This document shows, one piece after another, positions 11,409-24,619 of a DNA stretch of 64,000 nucleotides (the stretch's first letter is position 1; every line of letters starts with the position of its first letter). The notes under the pieces were generated by a model. The model did not search any database and had not been told where the DNA came from. It saw only the letters and a program-made list of their open reading frames with translations. The stretch is from NCBI RefSeq assembly GCF_006345805.1, contig NC_042999.1, positions 140,554,001 through 140,618,000 on the forward strand. Direction: 5' to 3'. The position numbers and the translations under genes were made by a program. This DNA is from Octopus sinensis. Lineage: Eukaryota.

Positions 11409-14400
11409 CCTTCATAAGGTTATTCAAAGCATAACCTGGTTCCATGATGCACTGCAGAGAAAGGTCATTGTTATGAACTGTAAGAAGGCAAAGATCATGC
11501 AAATATTTGAATTTGCTCAAACAACCAATCCATATGAGTTTATAAAATAAAAAAACCAAATGGGGCATGAAAATAAACATATCAATGAACACATACACAA
11601 AAAGTATGTAAATTTTTAATCATTAGCATGCAGTAACCTACTGATTGATAAAATTTTTTAACAAGTAAAATGTTTTCGGAGAAAGTCATTATTCAAATGA
11701 TCTCTGACATAAGAGAACCTTATGGCTATAGGAACTACCCACATTTTTCTGATAGCAAAAAGAGATTGAGAAGATATCTGTTGTGATATTACAGTGCTAA
11801 ATGATGTTTGCATGATGCTGTTTAACAATGTTATATATCTATTCCTCATCCACCTTATTCTCTTGACCTTGCTCCTTCAGACTACTATTTGTTCATCAAG
11901 TTGTCATACTATTTAGAAATTACTATACTTTGGTTATTGCTATAAAAAAAGTGATATATTGTTTAGAACAGTGATGATTTTGTTTATTTGATTTTGATAG
12001 TGTTTACCAAGGTATGTAATATTTTAATGGTCTAACATAGCATGACACATTACTTATTAGGATGAAAACAGATTTTATAAAAATGGCACAGCTTAATAAC
12101 TTATATATTATTTCAACAGTATGACATGGATAAAGGTGGCGTAATATAAAATAAAAACATGATTTGTTAGAATTTTTATCAGTACTGATAGCTGAGTTTA
12201 CCATGTGTGGTTCAAAGTACTGACAGCTTAATTTGGAGCTAACAATAAACAACTGATAATAATTATTAAATACACAATACATCTTAATTTGATAAATTCA
12301 GTTGTAGGGTAATACTCACTTTATTGAAGTGATAATTAGTAAGGTGATATATTATTTAACAAATTGACATATAATCTAATGGAGGTGATGTTGCATTTGT
12401 TACTGTAAAGTAGATTATATGAAGTGAGATATACTTTGTCAAGATAATGTAGAATTGGAAAATGCATTATATTAATTGGATGATCTGGAATTTAGCAGGG
12501 TGATAAAAATGTTTAGTAAATAAGCTAATAACAAGTGATGTTTTGTTTAGAGAGTAGGAGGTTTAGTGTTATTCTCTTGATATTAAAACCTGCTGGATGA
12601 AACAAAATATAATAAAAAAATTCAGACAGCTCAATAGCAAATGATATGGCACCAGGGCAGCATACACAAGTCTCTAAGACAACAGTTCAGTTCTCCAGAA
12701 ATAAAATTGAAAATCTAAAACAACAATAACAATAGCAAATAAATGGATAGCAGAAATAGTTCATATTGTCACATAAATAAACAATCACATGGAAAATAGC
12801 AATGTCAATACTTATTTTCCAAATTTATATTGAAAATTAAAAAAGAATTTAAAAAATGAACATAACTAATATATAAATACCTAACTAGGTTAATAATTAG
12901 ATGAATAAATAAAAAATAAAATCATATGTGTGTGCATGTAGGTGTATGTGATATAATAATACACACACACACATATATATTATATAAGTATTATATACAT
13001 ATAAATATTATATATGTATCATATGTATATATAAATTATACATATATATATTATATTATTCTTCTTAATTATGATCTTATACATGTGCTTTATGTAATCA
13101 AGTAATGTTACTAGTAACATGTAATCCAGTGCAACCAGTAGCCTGGTTGGTTCACTGGCAGCTAAACTGGCTTCATCATGGTAAGGAGAATTACTGTAAA
13201 CCTAGTAAGATAGAAACTACATGTCAAAAGAGTGGATAGATCCAGCATAGAATCAACTATTTGGCAAGAGCACAAGGACTCAGAAATTCTGGATTGGTCT
13301 TCATTGCACTTCTTAGCTTCTGTTGAAGCATATCTCCAAGTAGAAAATATCTTGCAGGAAACTGCATTGGCTGTGTTGGTGGGAGTCTTTAGCATTAGCT
13401 AAAGATTATGACTCTCACATTCCTGAATCTGTGACTGTTATTAGTACCAAATATCTTGTTCAGGCTTTTCTCTGGATCATACCAATAGGGTGAAAAATTT
13501 TTATGAGGTATTGTGCAAGCCTTATTAAAATTCTGCATGGGCATTGCTGACATCAGTACTCTTTTTTTAAAAGGCTGTTTTTATTTTAATTTTCTTATGG
13601 TAATGGGAAGATGGCAATGTGTGCAGACATGATGGATTGGAAGCACACAGTCACTGACTTATATATAGATAGCCTATGTCTGTCAGTGATGATCTTCCTT
13701 GGACATTGGTGGACAGTCATCATATATGTATATATGAGAAAAGGAGAAAAAGGCTATGCATATATAAAAAATGCGAAGAAAAAGAAAACAGTTAGCAGCA
13801 TTTATGAAGGGAAAGGGAGAGCAATGAGAAGTACAATTTGAAAAAAAAAAAACTAAAACTCTATGCATTTATGTGAATATACATGCATATTCATATATAC
13901 CATATGTGTGTGTTATGAACTGAACTAAATTGAACTGATTTATTCAAACTAAATTGATAAAAATACTCACAAGATAATATATAAATACCAACAACATATA
14001 AAACACAAAATAACAACAGTAAACAAACAACATAACTAAAAAGTTCCCCTTCACTATAAAACAAAAAGTGATGTTGAAGAAAATATCACTGTGTGAAAAA
14101 TCTCCTTTTACAGCTGCAAACAGTGAATCAGAAAATATGATTTAATATATCAAATACCGTTGGTTTCTTTTGTATAATTTTTATCCTTTTTTTTTGTTTG
14201 AACAACTGAAAGTGTCAATTTTTAAACAAAAGAAGAGAGAAAAAAAACAAAAATCCTCCAAAATGCATTTCTTGTAATATTGAAATAAGTTAAATGCTGA
14301 TCCAATATTTAATTTCTATGTTGTAGCAGGAGCAGATAAAATACAGAACAATTTCTCATTAATTAGTGTCGCTGAAACTGAGTGAGGAACACAAAATATT

Positions 14401-14971
14401 AATGCTTAAGATCAATGAGAAGAGCAGCCATGCTAAGAATGCAAGCAAAGTTTTCCCGTAAGTCTTTGAAGAAGATAGAACAGATTCAGCAAAATTTAAA
14501 CAGAACCAACAACATTTTGTTTTGTATTTAATTTCAGTTTTCTCAAAAACACTGTATATATTCAATCTTTGGGTCATAAGTAGAGCAGCATTCATTTGAG
14601 ATCAGGTACAGGAATAGTCTTGTTATGAAATATTTTGGGATTAAAATTAAACGAAAGAAAACCCCCCAGAAATTTAAAACTAAAATATAAAAAAAAAGCA
14701 GTAACAACAATAACAAATTAAGTATAAAATTAAATTAATTTAATACAGTTGACAAAGAAACTTCATGCAACAATGATGCTATTGCCTTAGAATTGAAAGA
14801 TATATAAAAATCACTGTGTATTTGTATTCTAAAGTAGATTGTAATTCTAAAGGAATATTCTTCAGATTCTGTTAACAAAAATGAAACTTGTGACTGTTAG
14901 TTCTCTAAAGAGAAAGACAACTATATATACATAACAGATAGATAGATAGATAAGATAGAACAGATACTCAC

Positions 14972-15055
14972 ATTAACTTCTGTATAAATGATATCAATGA
15001 AACTTCCTAAAACAATAATGAAATCAAAAACGTTCCAGGCATCACCAAAATAGTT
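14972..15055 (-). CDS. Cav1: Cav1 exon, IVS3 (84 nt)
   Basis: ctacag|AAC TAT TTT...GTT AAT|gtgagt; [28 protein letters not shown]. Confidence 0.98.
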
Positions 15056-15659
15056 CTGTAGAAAAAGAAACAAAGACATTTAAAATTTTAAAAAATTACA
15101 AGAAGAAAAATACATTCAAATAAAAGAAAAAGAAAATATGAATAAAATTCATGTTACCAGGACATCATTACTTATCATTACTATTTAGTGTGTCTTTGTA
15201 GTGTCTTTGTCTATACAAGTGGTTGTATATTTTAATTGTTAAGTTGATACTAGCACATTTAATATAGCGAGGCAAGACATTTTAATAAATTAAAATCATA
15301 CACATTAATTAATAATTAATTCTGGTTGAGAAAGGCAGGGGAGACAATTCACAAAAATAAATTAAAGTTAAAAATAGATTATGGGTATGAATTTGGGAGA
15401 GGGATGATATTCGGTAATATAGTGACAACTAAAGATGTGTTTCACTTTTTTTAACCCTCTTCATCAAAGAATAGTCATACCACTATTACCAGATTAAAAC
15501 AAACTAAATTATCAATATATTTTTTTATTGACTAAATACTGATAGGTCTTGTTGGTTATCTCTGTTCCAGCAGATTCTACATATAGCATTAAGGTAACTG
15601 ATCAAATATTTGCTATTTCAATCTGCTCTTATATTACATTTTACTATTATGCAAAAACT

Positions 15660-16400
15660 GTTGTTGTTTAGCCACAGATAAGCCCCAACCAAGAAGATCT
15701 ATGATCAGAGGCATTCATGCTGTGAACAATCTGCAATTTCTTCAAACATAGTGTTTATAAGACTATACTATCCAATGTGTTATTCCATATTTTTTGTGAT
15801 TTGAGAGAGATTTGGCTGCTATTCTAAAGGTCAAGCAACCTTGTAGAAGCTTCTCTTGTGACTCTTCATATAACAGTCATGGTGTATAATCAGGGTATGT
15901 TGTGTCATTTCTGCTACAGCTTGTGCATATAACAAGCCAGATGTAATTTATTCAGACAGGAGAAAATACAAAAACACAAATCGCAAAATATTAAAAACAA
16001 AATTTTTTTTAACTCATATTGATACCAAGTATAAAAATATAGAAATGATACATAATTGGATAATTAGTAAGAACTTTTCTTGGTTGATTAAAACTTTCAA
16101 GTCTTTTCAGATTCTGGGGATATTTGACTAGAGAAATCTATCAAATGGTAATAAATCTATTTGGCTGTTGTTGTTTGGCTAGCCACACTGACTGTGTAGA
16201 CCTATTATCAAAAACATTCAAATTATGGGCATCTTTTCTTTTTAGATATAGTTTATCTCAGACCACACTATCAATATAACCTTTTTTTTTGTATAGACAG
16301 AGGGATGTAATTTCAGAGACATTTGGGTGTCATTTCAAGTAGATCAAGAGATACTCAGTAACTCTTTCATTGAGTCATTTCAATAGTGAAGTGACCTGTA
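15660..16400 (+). repeat. Two decayed copies of an unclassified dispersed repeat (third copy at about 54960-55170)
   Basis: Shared motifs (tatgatcagaggcattc / tatgatcaaaggcattc; gagagatttggctgcta / ggagattttgcagcta). Confidence 0.5.
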
Positions 16401-16402
16401 AG

Positions 16403-16557
16403 CAGGGGCAGACTGAGAGTATTAAGGGCCCTTGGGCATAGCTGTTTACTGGGCCCTTAGCATTGATATCAGTAGAGTTAACATGTAGAGTGTGGGCCCC
16501 TCAGAGGTCCAGGCCCTTGGGCAGTGCTAGATTGATTGATGGCTCAGTCTGCCCCTG
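16403..16557. mobile_element. 155-bp hAT MITE with perfect TIRs and perfect 8-bp TSD
   Basis: TIR CAGGGGCAGACTGAG / CTCAGTCTGCCCCTG; TSD cctgtaag at 16395-16402 and 16558-16565. Confidence 0.92.
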
Positions 16558-17429
16558 CCTGTAAGTTATCTGGAGAAGTAGTTAGATGATACTGTGACAG
16601 ATTGGTAAATTCTTGTGTGAGCTTGTTCTCTGACTAAATTTCAACACTTGTATTTTACAATTGAATTTTTTACTTTTTCTAGTGGTAGTAAGAAAGAAGT
16701 CTAAGTAGCAACACAAGATTAGAATCAAATCAGTTCAGATATACTAAACAGAAGGAACATAACTGTCTAGCAATTGTAATGAATTTCATATCATATTCGC
16801 CCAAATAACATTGTCCAAAATGAGAAACTTTAAATCAAGGCTTTTTCACTGTGTAGCTTTTTGAAAGATACTTGATCACAAGGTCAATGATTTGGTTGTC
16901 ATTCATTATCTGAATTATATTCTTTGTTGAATGTCAATACTTGATAATATGGTATACTGGGGTTTATACCAGTTTTTGTGATGAAGATTGTTTGAAAGAT
17001 ATCGTTCCTTTTCAAGAGGGTACCAGCCTAATCATAAATATTTCCTATAAGATAGATCTCGATGTAGTATAATAAAGAATTTTAACTATTACACAGCATT
17101 TCTGCTGATAATAGTTGTGAACTTTATCTCTTCAAGGTACTTATTTAGAGTTAGGACAAGAGAGACCAAGAACTGAATCTCTTTACCAAGTGACAAAATA
17201 CATGTTGTAGACTCTTCTACTGACAGACTGGCAACTGTTATATCTCTGTAACAAACTCAAATAATTGTTACAACACTATAATAGTCTTCTTATTTCACAA
17301 ATGACCTTCAAAAAGGTATGAATGGTAGCTTTTTATCTTCCTTACCACATTACTATCATAAACTTTGATAATCAATGCATAATCAAAAGAGCTTGTTGAC
17401 AAAGAAACAATGAGTCATGAAATGTTTAC

Positions 17430-17540
17430 CTTAAATCTAAAAGCAGCCAACTTGAGCATAAATTCCACAGTAAAGAGTCCAGTGAAAATCATATTAAGAT
17501 AATCCAGCACATTTGAGTAACCTTCATTTTCACCATCATA
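17430..17540 (-). CDS. Cav1: Cav1 exon, IVS2 (111 nt)
   Basis: tttcag|TAT GAT GGT...TTT AAG|gtaaac; YDGENEGYSNVLDYLNMIFTGLFTVEFMLKLAAFRFK. Confidence 0.97.
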
Positions 17541-18907
17541 CTGAAATTAGAAAACAATTTATAAACTGTAGTGGTAAACAATGATTCAAGTGTAGCGCTG
17601 TTCTGTTTTATAAGATGTTTTTATTTACTTATTGGTTATATTAATATAGATGAATAACAAAAGTGAAGAAAAAAAGCAACTCTGCTGAAAAAACAGAAAT
17701 AATAAATTTACTTGATATTTTTAGTTTTCATCACTCCTAAATGTGTAATGAAAAGTCTTTTATTATAGAGAAATATGTTGGATAACATAAAAAATTAATT
17801 ATGTATTTCTACATGGCTTATATTCAAATATATTTGATAAATCTAGAAATGAATAACTGCAGATAATATTGAAAGTAGCTTGTACTTAAAATAAGCTTAT
17901 AAAAATTTATTGTTTTACCAGAAAAAAACTAATCATTCAGCTATGGTAGTAGTTAAATAATATTCTTAAGCCTGCAATTTACTCATGCACAGCATCTTTC
18001 ACTGTTTGTCACTAATTTAGTTCTTAACCAAATGGAAAACCATTAACAGTTTTGAGGAGGACTGGTCCCTAGCTACATTTTGGCATTAAAAAATTGAGAT
18101 TTGGTCCAGTAGAAAAAAGTTTACATCAAAATTTGTAGCAATGTTATTGGAGAGTAAGTAACACCACCAATCAAGTTTAAATCTAAATAACTTTTTTATT
18201 CTCAATGATAGAAGAAAGCGTGAAGAATTTCATAGTTTTGGTCCCATGCAACAAATATTTGTATCAAAAACGTTTTGAGGTAAAATATCATGAAAAAGAA
18301 TATAAGGCAAAAATTGGATTTAAATATAATTAACTTTTTTATTTTAAAAACAAACTATATTTTAATTAAACTTAAATGATAGAGCTCAATTCGAGGAATT
18401 TCATCGTATCTGTCTCATGCAATGAAGTTTAGAAAGAAAAAAGTTATGAGTGTTTGTTTCTCAAATTTGAGGGTGATAATATAGTTCTATACTTTTTAAT
18501 GAATATAGTTCTAGGGGACTTTTAATATGTCACTGGCATCATTGAGGTAAAGAAAAAATTATCAACAACCCACTAATTGACACATTATTAATTAGCATAA
18601 TAGCATAGCCTGGAAAAAACATGGATTGATGTCTTGGAAGATTTTGTAGATGGTGACTATGAATTCAAGATATAAGTTGATTTCATCCTTTGTTCTCTGA
18701 TAATATTTTCCAGTGATCTTGAGCAACTTTAGGCAAGATTCTATTGTTTGTTGTAGGATCTTAGTCACCTCTAATATAATTCATTTACCTCTGTCCTCCA
18801 GTCTAAGAATGATGATCTAATTAAAACTATTAGCATCGACTATAAACAATCAATAAATAAAAGTGAATTTTAATGGCAATGGTGAAAAAAAATTCTCAAT
18901 AGCTTAC

Positions 18908-19066
18908 CTTCATTGCAAGTGTGATTGTATTTATCATAATGAGAGCAAATACTGCATATTCAAATGGTTGTGATGTAACAAACCACCACACTTTATACTG
19001 CCAGCGAGCTTTTGGGATGTACCGACGGGCAGGTTTAACTTTTAAAGCAAATTCAATACATTTCCT
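18908..19066 (-). CDS. Cav1: Cav1 exon, III-IV linker and IVS1 (159 nt)
   Basis: ttccag|AGG AAA TGT...ATG AAG|gtaagc; [53 protein letters not shown] (not in the ORF track). Confidence 0.98.
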
Positions 19067-19269
19067 CTGGAAGGAAAATAAATGATAAATAAAAAATTAA
19101 GAATATAAAAGAGAGGTGCATATGCATCAATAAATTATGATATAAGTTAGGTTCTCTTTACTAAATAATTTTGGGTCTCAAGATTTTGTTTGTCAAATGT
19201 AATAATATAACTGGAAACACAAAGCCTACATGAAAATTGTTTCATAATCTAGTGTATATAAATCACAGT

Positions 19270-19700
19270 ATGTGTGTGCATAACACATACATTTCCACAA
19301 TTCTCAACAGATTTTTACCAAACTTTACATGTGCATTACTTATGTCCCAAAGATGATTGTACACTATAACATTTTGCCTAAAGCTCCCGCGTAAATAGAC
19401 ACAGTTTTTGGTATGTGGGGTCTTCCATACATTCCATAAAAGTGAAAGAATTTTGTCTATTTATTTATTTTGACTGCCAATGTGCAACAGTAACACAATA
19501 TGTGTTATGCCTCCAGTAATTTTCTTTCATATAAATAAATGTTTATATTAATTTAAGATTTATCCAAAAAATCTTATTTAGCTGTTATTTTTAGCACAAC
19601 ACATGAGTGAAGGTAAAAAATGCGCACATCTGGTGGTTAGGGTTAGGGCTATGATGAAAACGGATGGTGTGCGTATTCTTTACTTCTGCCCAACAGTGCA
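19270..19700. mobile_element. Possible Helentron/DINE-like non-autonomous element
   Basis: ttctcaacagatttttaccaaacttt motif and short ggttagggttaggg (19635-19648), resembling such families from memory; boundaries uncertain. Confidence 0.35.
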
Positions 19701-21279
19701 TTCTTATGCATTCATGCAGTGCATATCCCTCTGTGCATTATGCAATTGCCCTTTATGTTTTCCTCTATATAATTGTATGATTGCATTGTTTGTGTTCAGG
19801 TCTATAGCCATAAAAGCGTGTGCATATGGGTTTATGCATGTAGTTGTGTATTTCAGGTGCAGCCGCGCAAGTGTATTTTTACCAGTGCATTTGAATGTAT
19901 TTATGTATTGTTTATACTTCATGGGCATAGGTGTTTTATGTACTGGTTGTACACACATTTACACACACATATATACATGTGTGTGTATATTCATGTGCTC
20001 ATATGAGTATTTTTTAAATCTTGCTCCAGCTTTCATATGTTTACCTCTCTCCTTTCTGACTCTCCCATACCACACATCATCTCCCTATTTCTTATCTGTC
20101 TACAATTATATGATACTGCTGCTCTACACTCTTACTGTACTGCCACTTACACCTCTTCCTTCTTGAACCACTCCTATTTCTTTTGCCAAACCACTCCAAC
20201 CTGATATTTACTTCAGCCACATTTCCATACTTATTCATAATCCACTACATTTACTTCTACTTCTGTCTCTAATCACCTGCAACTCTCCTCTCAGACTCTT
20301 ACAAACTCATCTACTGATCCTTAATCCTATTCCTTCTTATACATTGAGAGTATGCTCTGACAACTCATCATCATCTTCACCTCTACTTCCAGGTACTCCC
20401 ATTTATAATGCAGCGTAGGAAATGTATCTCCTCTATTGCAAGACAGTAGGGTTAATCTAAAGATAAACCTCTTGATTCCAAGTTTTGCAATCATACCTGG
20501 AATTTTTCTCTAATTTCTCTATAGATTCAACAAATAGTATAATAAAGGAACAAATTTCATGTTTAATTAGGGTATCATTAATAACTCTTATGTTGATTAC
20601 TCTTGTAGTCAGATTAGTAGATTGAAGCTCACGAGTACAAAAAAAACAACAATTACTAAATAAACCAACAATATATCAACTTTCAAGAAATACAACTTAT
20701 ATTAGAGTGTATTTTAGATGAGAAAAAAACTAGATATGAGATTAGTCCACAACTTGATTATGATTTTCAGTGGAAGATATGAATACTGCAGATTCTAATT
20801 TCTCTTCCTTTATAAATCTGTAGCTATATACCAATGTGAGAAATTAGTTGTATAATAACAAATTGATCTTGCACAAACCCACACATGCATACTAATAAAT
20901 AGAATAATGAAAAAGAAAATTGATAGAATATTTGGTGTAAAACAGTTAACAGTGAAAACCTATCAATGAGCCAGCAAGGTAAGTTCATTACATAACTGAC
21001 TGACTTGAATAATGTAGTAGCCAAATCTTGATCAATACACACTCTAAACTAGGACTTTAAATTAAGACTACATGTTTTAAGACTTAAGAGTTAGGATACA
21101 ATAAAAGGAAGCTAACCATAGTTTGAACACAGATGTTTGACCCTTGCATATCAAGTAGCAAAGGCATGTAACTGGATCTTTGGGTTTTGCATAAGCATTT
21201 GAATCTAATACTACCTAAGATCTGCTCATGTAGAGAAGGTCTGGAGGTAGAAGTTAGTCAATAACAAACAACAACATAC

Positions 21280-21481
21280 CTGATTTTTGTCAAGTTCGCA
21301 ATTTTTGTATTCTTGCTCTCCCTCGTTCTGGAATGTGACGATCACAAAACCAACGAAGATGTTAACCATAAAGAATGCAATGACGATGATGTAAACAAAA
21401 TAGAAAATAGCTACTACAGGACGATTGTCATAAACCGGTCCCATACCTTCTAGATGGGAATCGATTGAAATGTACAAAAGG
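21280..21481 (-). CDS. Cav1: Cav1 exon, IIIS6 and start of III-IV linker (202 nt)
   Basis: tttcag|C CTT TTG...AAT CAG|gtatgt; [67 protein letters not shown]. Confidence 0.98.
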
Positions 21482-22186
21482 CTGAAAAGATAAGAGAAAA
21501 CAGTTCAATACTTCAAAAGAAGCTCAAATTTGAAATCAAATATTAAATTCTTCTTCCAGTTTTCAAATAAATATATACAACTTTTGTTAAAAATAGATCT
21601 TATTCCCACTCTGATGTGATCTCACACTCACTGTTTTACTTGAAGATGAATTAACAAATTAATTTTCAGTGATCTGTGTGCAACAAACCATTATGTAAAT
21701 ATAATACATAATCTTTTTATCATATACAATGCTGTGCAAAGAACTTAGCTTTTCATACACATGCTGTCATTAATATAACAGATGTACAATGTATACATGT
21801 GTGTGTGCATGTACACAAGTGCATGTGTGTGTATATGTGCATACATCCACACATAGACTATCAGCATGCTTGTCATAGAACATTGTGTTCACCAAATATT
21901 TATGAGTTATTCACAAACTTTGTACTGCATCTTTTTTTTTTCATGGTAGTGAAGGCTAAGATGGTTTACTTAATTAGAAAATAAAAGTTTGCTTATGTAT
22001 TACATTTATTTATGACACTCAGATTGGTCTTAGTCAACTACTTGTAGCATGTAAAAATTTAAACATATTTTTAGCACATTTTAGTTCTGAACTTGCATTT
22101 TTTCATGCTAGAATATCTTTATTTATGTGTGTATACACAACAAAGAAATACAAAATTAGTATGTTTAGAGGTAGAAAAGTTTTGAT

Positions 22187-22670
22187 CATCATCATCATCA
22201 TTGTTTAACATCCACTTTCCATGCTGACATGGGTTGGACAGTTTGACTGGGGACTGGTGAGCCAGATAGCTGCACCAGGCTCCAATCTGATCTGGCAGAG
22301 TTTCTACAGCTGGATACCCTTCCTAACGCCAACCACTCCGAGAGTGTAGTGGGTGCCTTTATGTGCCACCAGCATGAGGGCCAGTCAGGCAGTACTGGCA
22401 ACAGCCACACTCAAATGGTGTTTTTACATGTCACCTGCACAGGAACCAGTCCAGTGGCACTGGCAACGCCCTTGCTTGAATGTTGTTTTTCACGTACCAC
22501 CGGCACAAGTGCCAGTAAGGCGATGCTGGTAACGATCACACTTGAATGGTGCTTTTTACGTGCCACCGGCACAGGGGCCAGTCAATGGCTCTGACAATGA
22601 TCACACTCGGATGGTGCCCTTAGCACTCCACTAGCATGGGTGCCAGTCATGCAGTGCTGTCATCGAATTT
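22187..22670 (-). mobile_element. RTE LINE 3' UTR fragment with about 5 internal ~65-nt tandem units
   Basis: (CAT)n-gtttaacatccactttccatgc...; repeated ggtgctttttacgtgccaccggcac core. Confidence 0.85.
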
Positions 22671-23164
22671 GAATAAAAATAACTTGTGAGATTTTTTAGG
22701 TTGATTAGATTAATATATGATTAATTAACATTAATTTCTATTTACAGACAATAGAAAGAGCAGAAAGTTTTATCATATACTTATATTCTTTCCAACTTTG
22801 TTATGGAATTATTTTGAATATTATCTTTGTATTGAGTATATATAAATATATAATATATTTTTAAAGATTTACTTTTTCTTTCCAAATTTACAACTTAAGA
22901 ACTATTTGGAAGACCAAGAATCTTCATATTTCTAATTGTGCATACTTTTGTATAGTTGCATGTCCTAGATGAGGTTGTCTAGCTATGCTTATCTTTGCAG
23001 TAGTTTTGCTGACATGTGTACATAAGGACTACAGTATCTGAATTTGGAGCAAAGGTTTTACAAAAAAATTATTTTTTTATCGTCATAGCTTCTTTCCTCA
23101 CTGACTATGACAGTTTTTAATTAAAAAAGTAAAAAATGTTGTTGTTGCTGTTATGATGATGATG

Positions 23165-23370
23165 AAAGGTTGGCAGAATCATTGCAGCATGGGAGAAAAA
23201 AGACTTTTAGCCTTTGTTTCAGATTTTTATGTTTGAGATCAAATCCCATTAAGGTCAACTTTGCTTTTTGTCCTTCCAGGGTCAATAAAATAAAGTAACA
23301 GTCAAGTACTGAGGTCAATGGTATTCACTAATCTCCTCCCCTCAAAATTGTGCACTTTATGCTTGAATTA
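23165..23370 (+). mobile_element. SINE, decayed
   Basis: ggttggcagaatcatt...aaggtcaactttgctttt...gggtcaataaaataaagtaac..., homologous to 24620-24835. Confidence 0.65.
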
Positions 23371-23798
23371 GAAGCTATAATGATGACAATGTAAAGTAAT
23401 CATTTAAAAATAATATTTGCTTTCTAGATTTTCAAAAGAAACTGATGCATGAAATTTAAGTGTATCTAATTTTCAATACTTTGTCAAGAGAATGATTAAT
23501 TTTAATGAATAGTTGAAGTTTTGGTATTAAATCAACCATTGATGAAGGGCTATTCATTTTTCTTATTTAACAAATGTTGTAATAAAATCACAAAGCAACA
23601 CACCTTGCTTAATATTCAGTTTAACAAGTTACCAAAAGAGATTATGTTGAAAACCAAGCAATGAATTTAAAAATGGAGTTGATAAATGTTAGAATAACCA
23701 TACATTTGATAGATTAAGCTGAAGAGATCCATACCAAATGATATAGCTATTACAGACATAGCCTTCAATAAACAGGTTAAAGTATGAGAAGGACTTAC

Positions 23799-23945
23799 TT
23801 GGGCCAACCTTCAAATGTAGATACTGTGAAGAGTGTCAACATTGCCTTCCCAACATCATCAAAATTGAAATCATTGTTTGTCCACTCTCTTTCTCTCAGT
23901 TCAGGGTAATTTACATCTCCATTTTTATAAACAATGTAATTCCCC
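23799..23945 (-). CDS. Cav1: Cav1 exon, repeat III pore loop with selectivity-filter Glu (147 nt)
   Basis: tacag|G GGG AAT...CCC AA|gtaagt; [48 protein letters not shown]. Confidence 0.98.
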
Positions 23946-24619
23946 CTGTAAAAGAAGAAGAAAAAGAAGCAATAATTAAAACATGAGAAGATAAATCAAT
24001 AATATCCAATATAGTTGTGATCATATAGGATGGTTTTTTTTAGCTCCTTTTTTCACATCTTCACCAAAACTATAACTTTTAAAGCTAAATATATGCAATT
24101 CTAGATGTTGCCTTTTCATTAACTGACATTCCACAGAAGATGAAGTCATTCTTTACTCTCTGGGTTTATTAAAGTGTCCAACACTAAAAAAGACAGATTG
24201 TGTTGTCATACGATTTATCAACATCTGAAATATATCAAATTAAGCCAATGCTAATAGAATTTAGATATTCCATCAAAAGTCTCAATATCTAAAGTTTTGT
24301 CATAAAGCAACCATTTGTTTAGATGTAGATAAAGAATTCAAAGTTGTAATTAATAACAAAATTATTTTTTCATATAGAAATTGACTGAATGAACTACAAA
24401 ATATAATTTCTTCATTTGGTATGAATCTATCTACCATGGTAAATGAAATGAAATGTATTTTCTGAGAAGACTAAACAATGCATTCAAAATATCTAGATTG
24501 AAAGTCAGTAGTCTAGTATCATTTGCTCAATGTATCTTCTTGTATCTGAAAAGCAAGTTAGCTATTGATTCAATTAATAACAAAATTTGAAACAACAACT
24601 ATAACAATATTTTACAAGT

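Noticed and set aside
14359-14595. Alternative terminal exon with hydrophobic tail (TYGKTLLAFLAWLLFSLIL...)
   Set aside because: No independent support; weak acceptor and no recognisable homology.
19635-19648. Interstitial telomeric (TTAGGG)n
   Set aside because: Only about two units; better explained as part of a dispersed element.
19603-20166. 187-aa plus-strand ORF
   Set aside because: Low-complexity TG/TA-rich and repeat-derived sequence with no recognisable domain.
22352-22667. CRISPR-like repeat-spacer array
   Set aside because: Eukaryotic intron, degenerate repeats, no cas genes, and the same units recur in the same order in another RTE 3' UTR copy.
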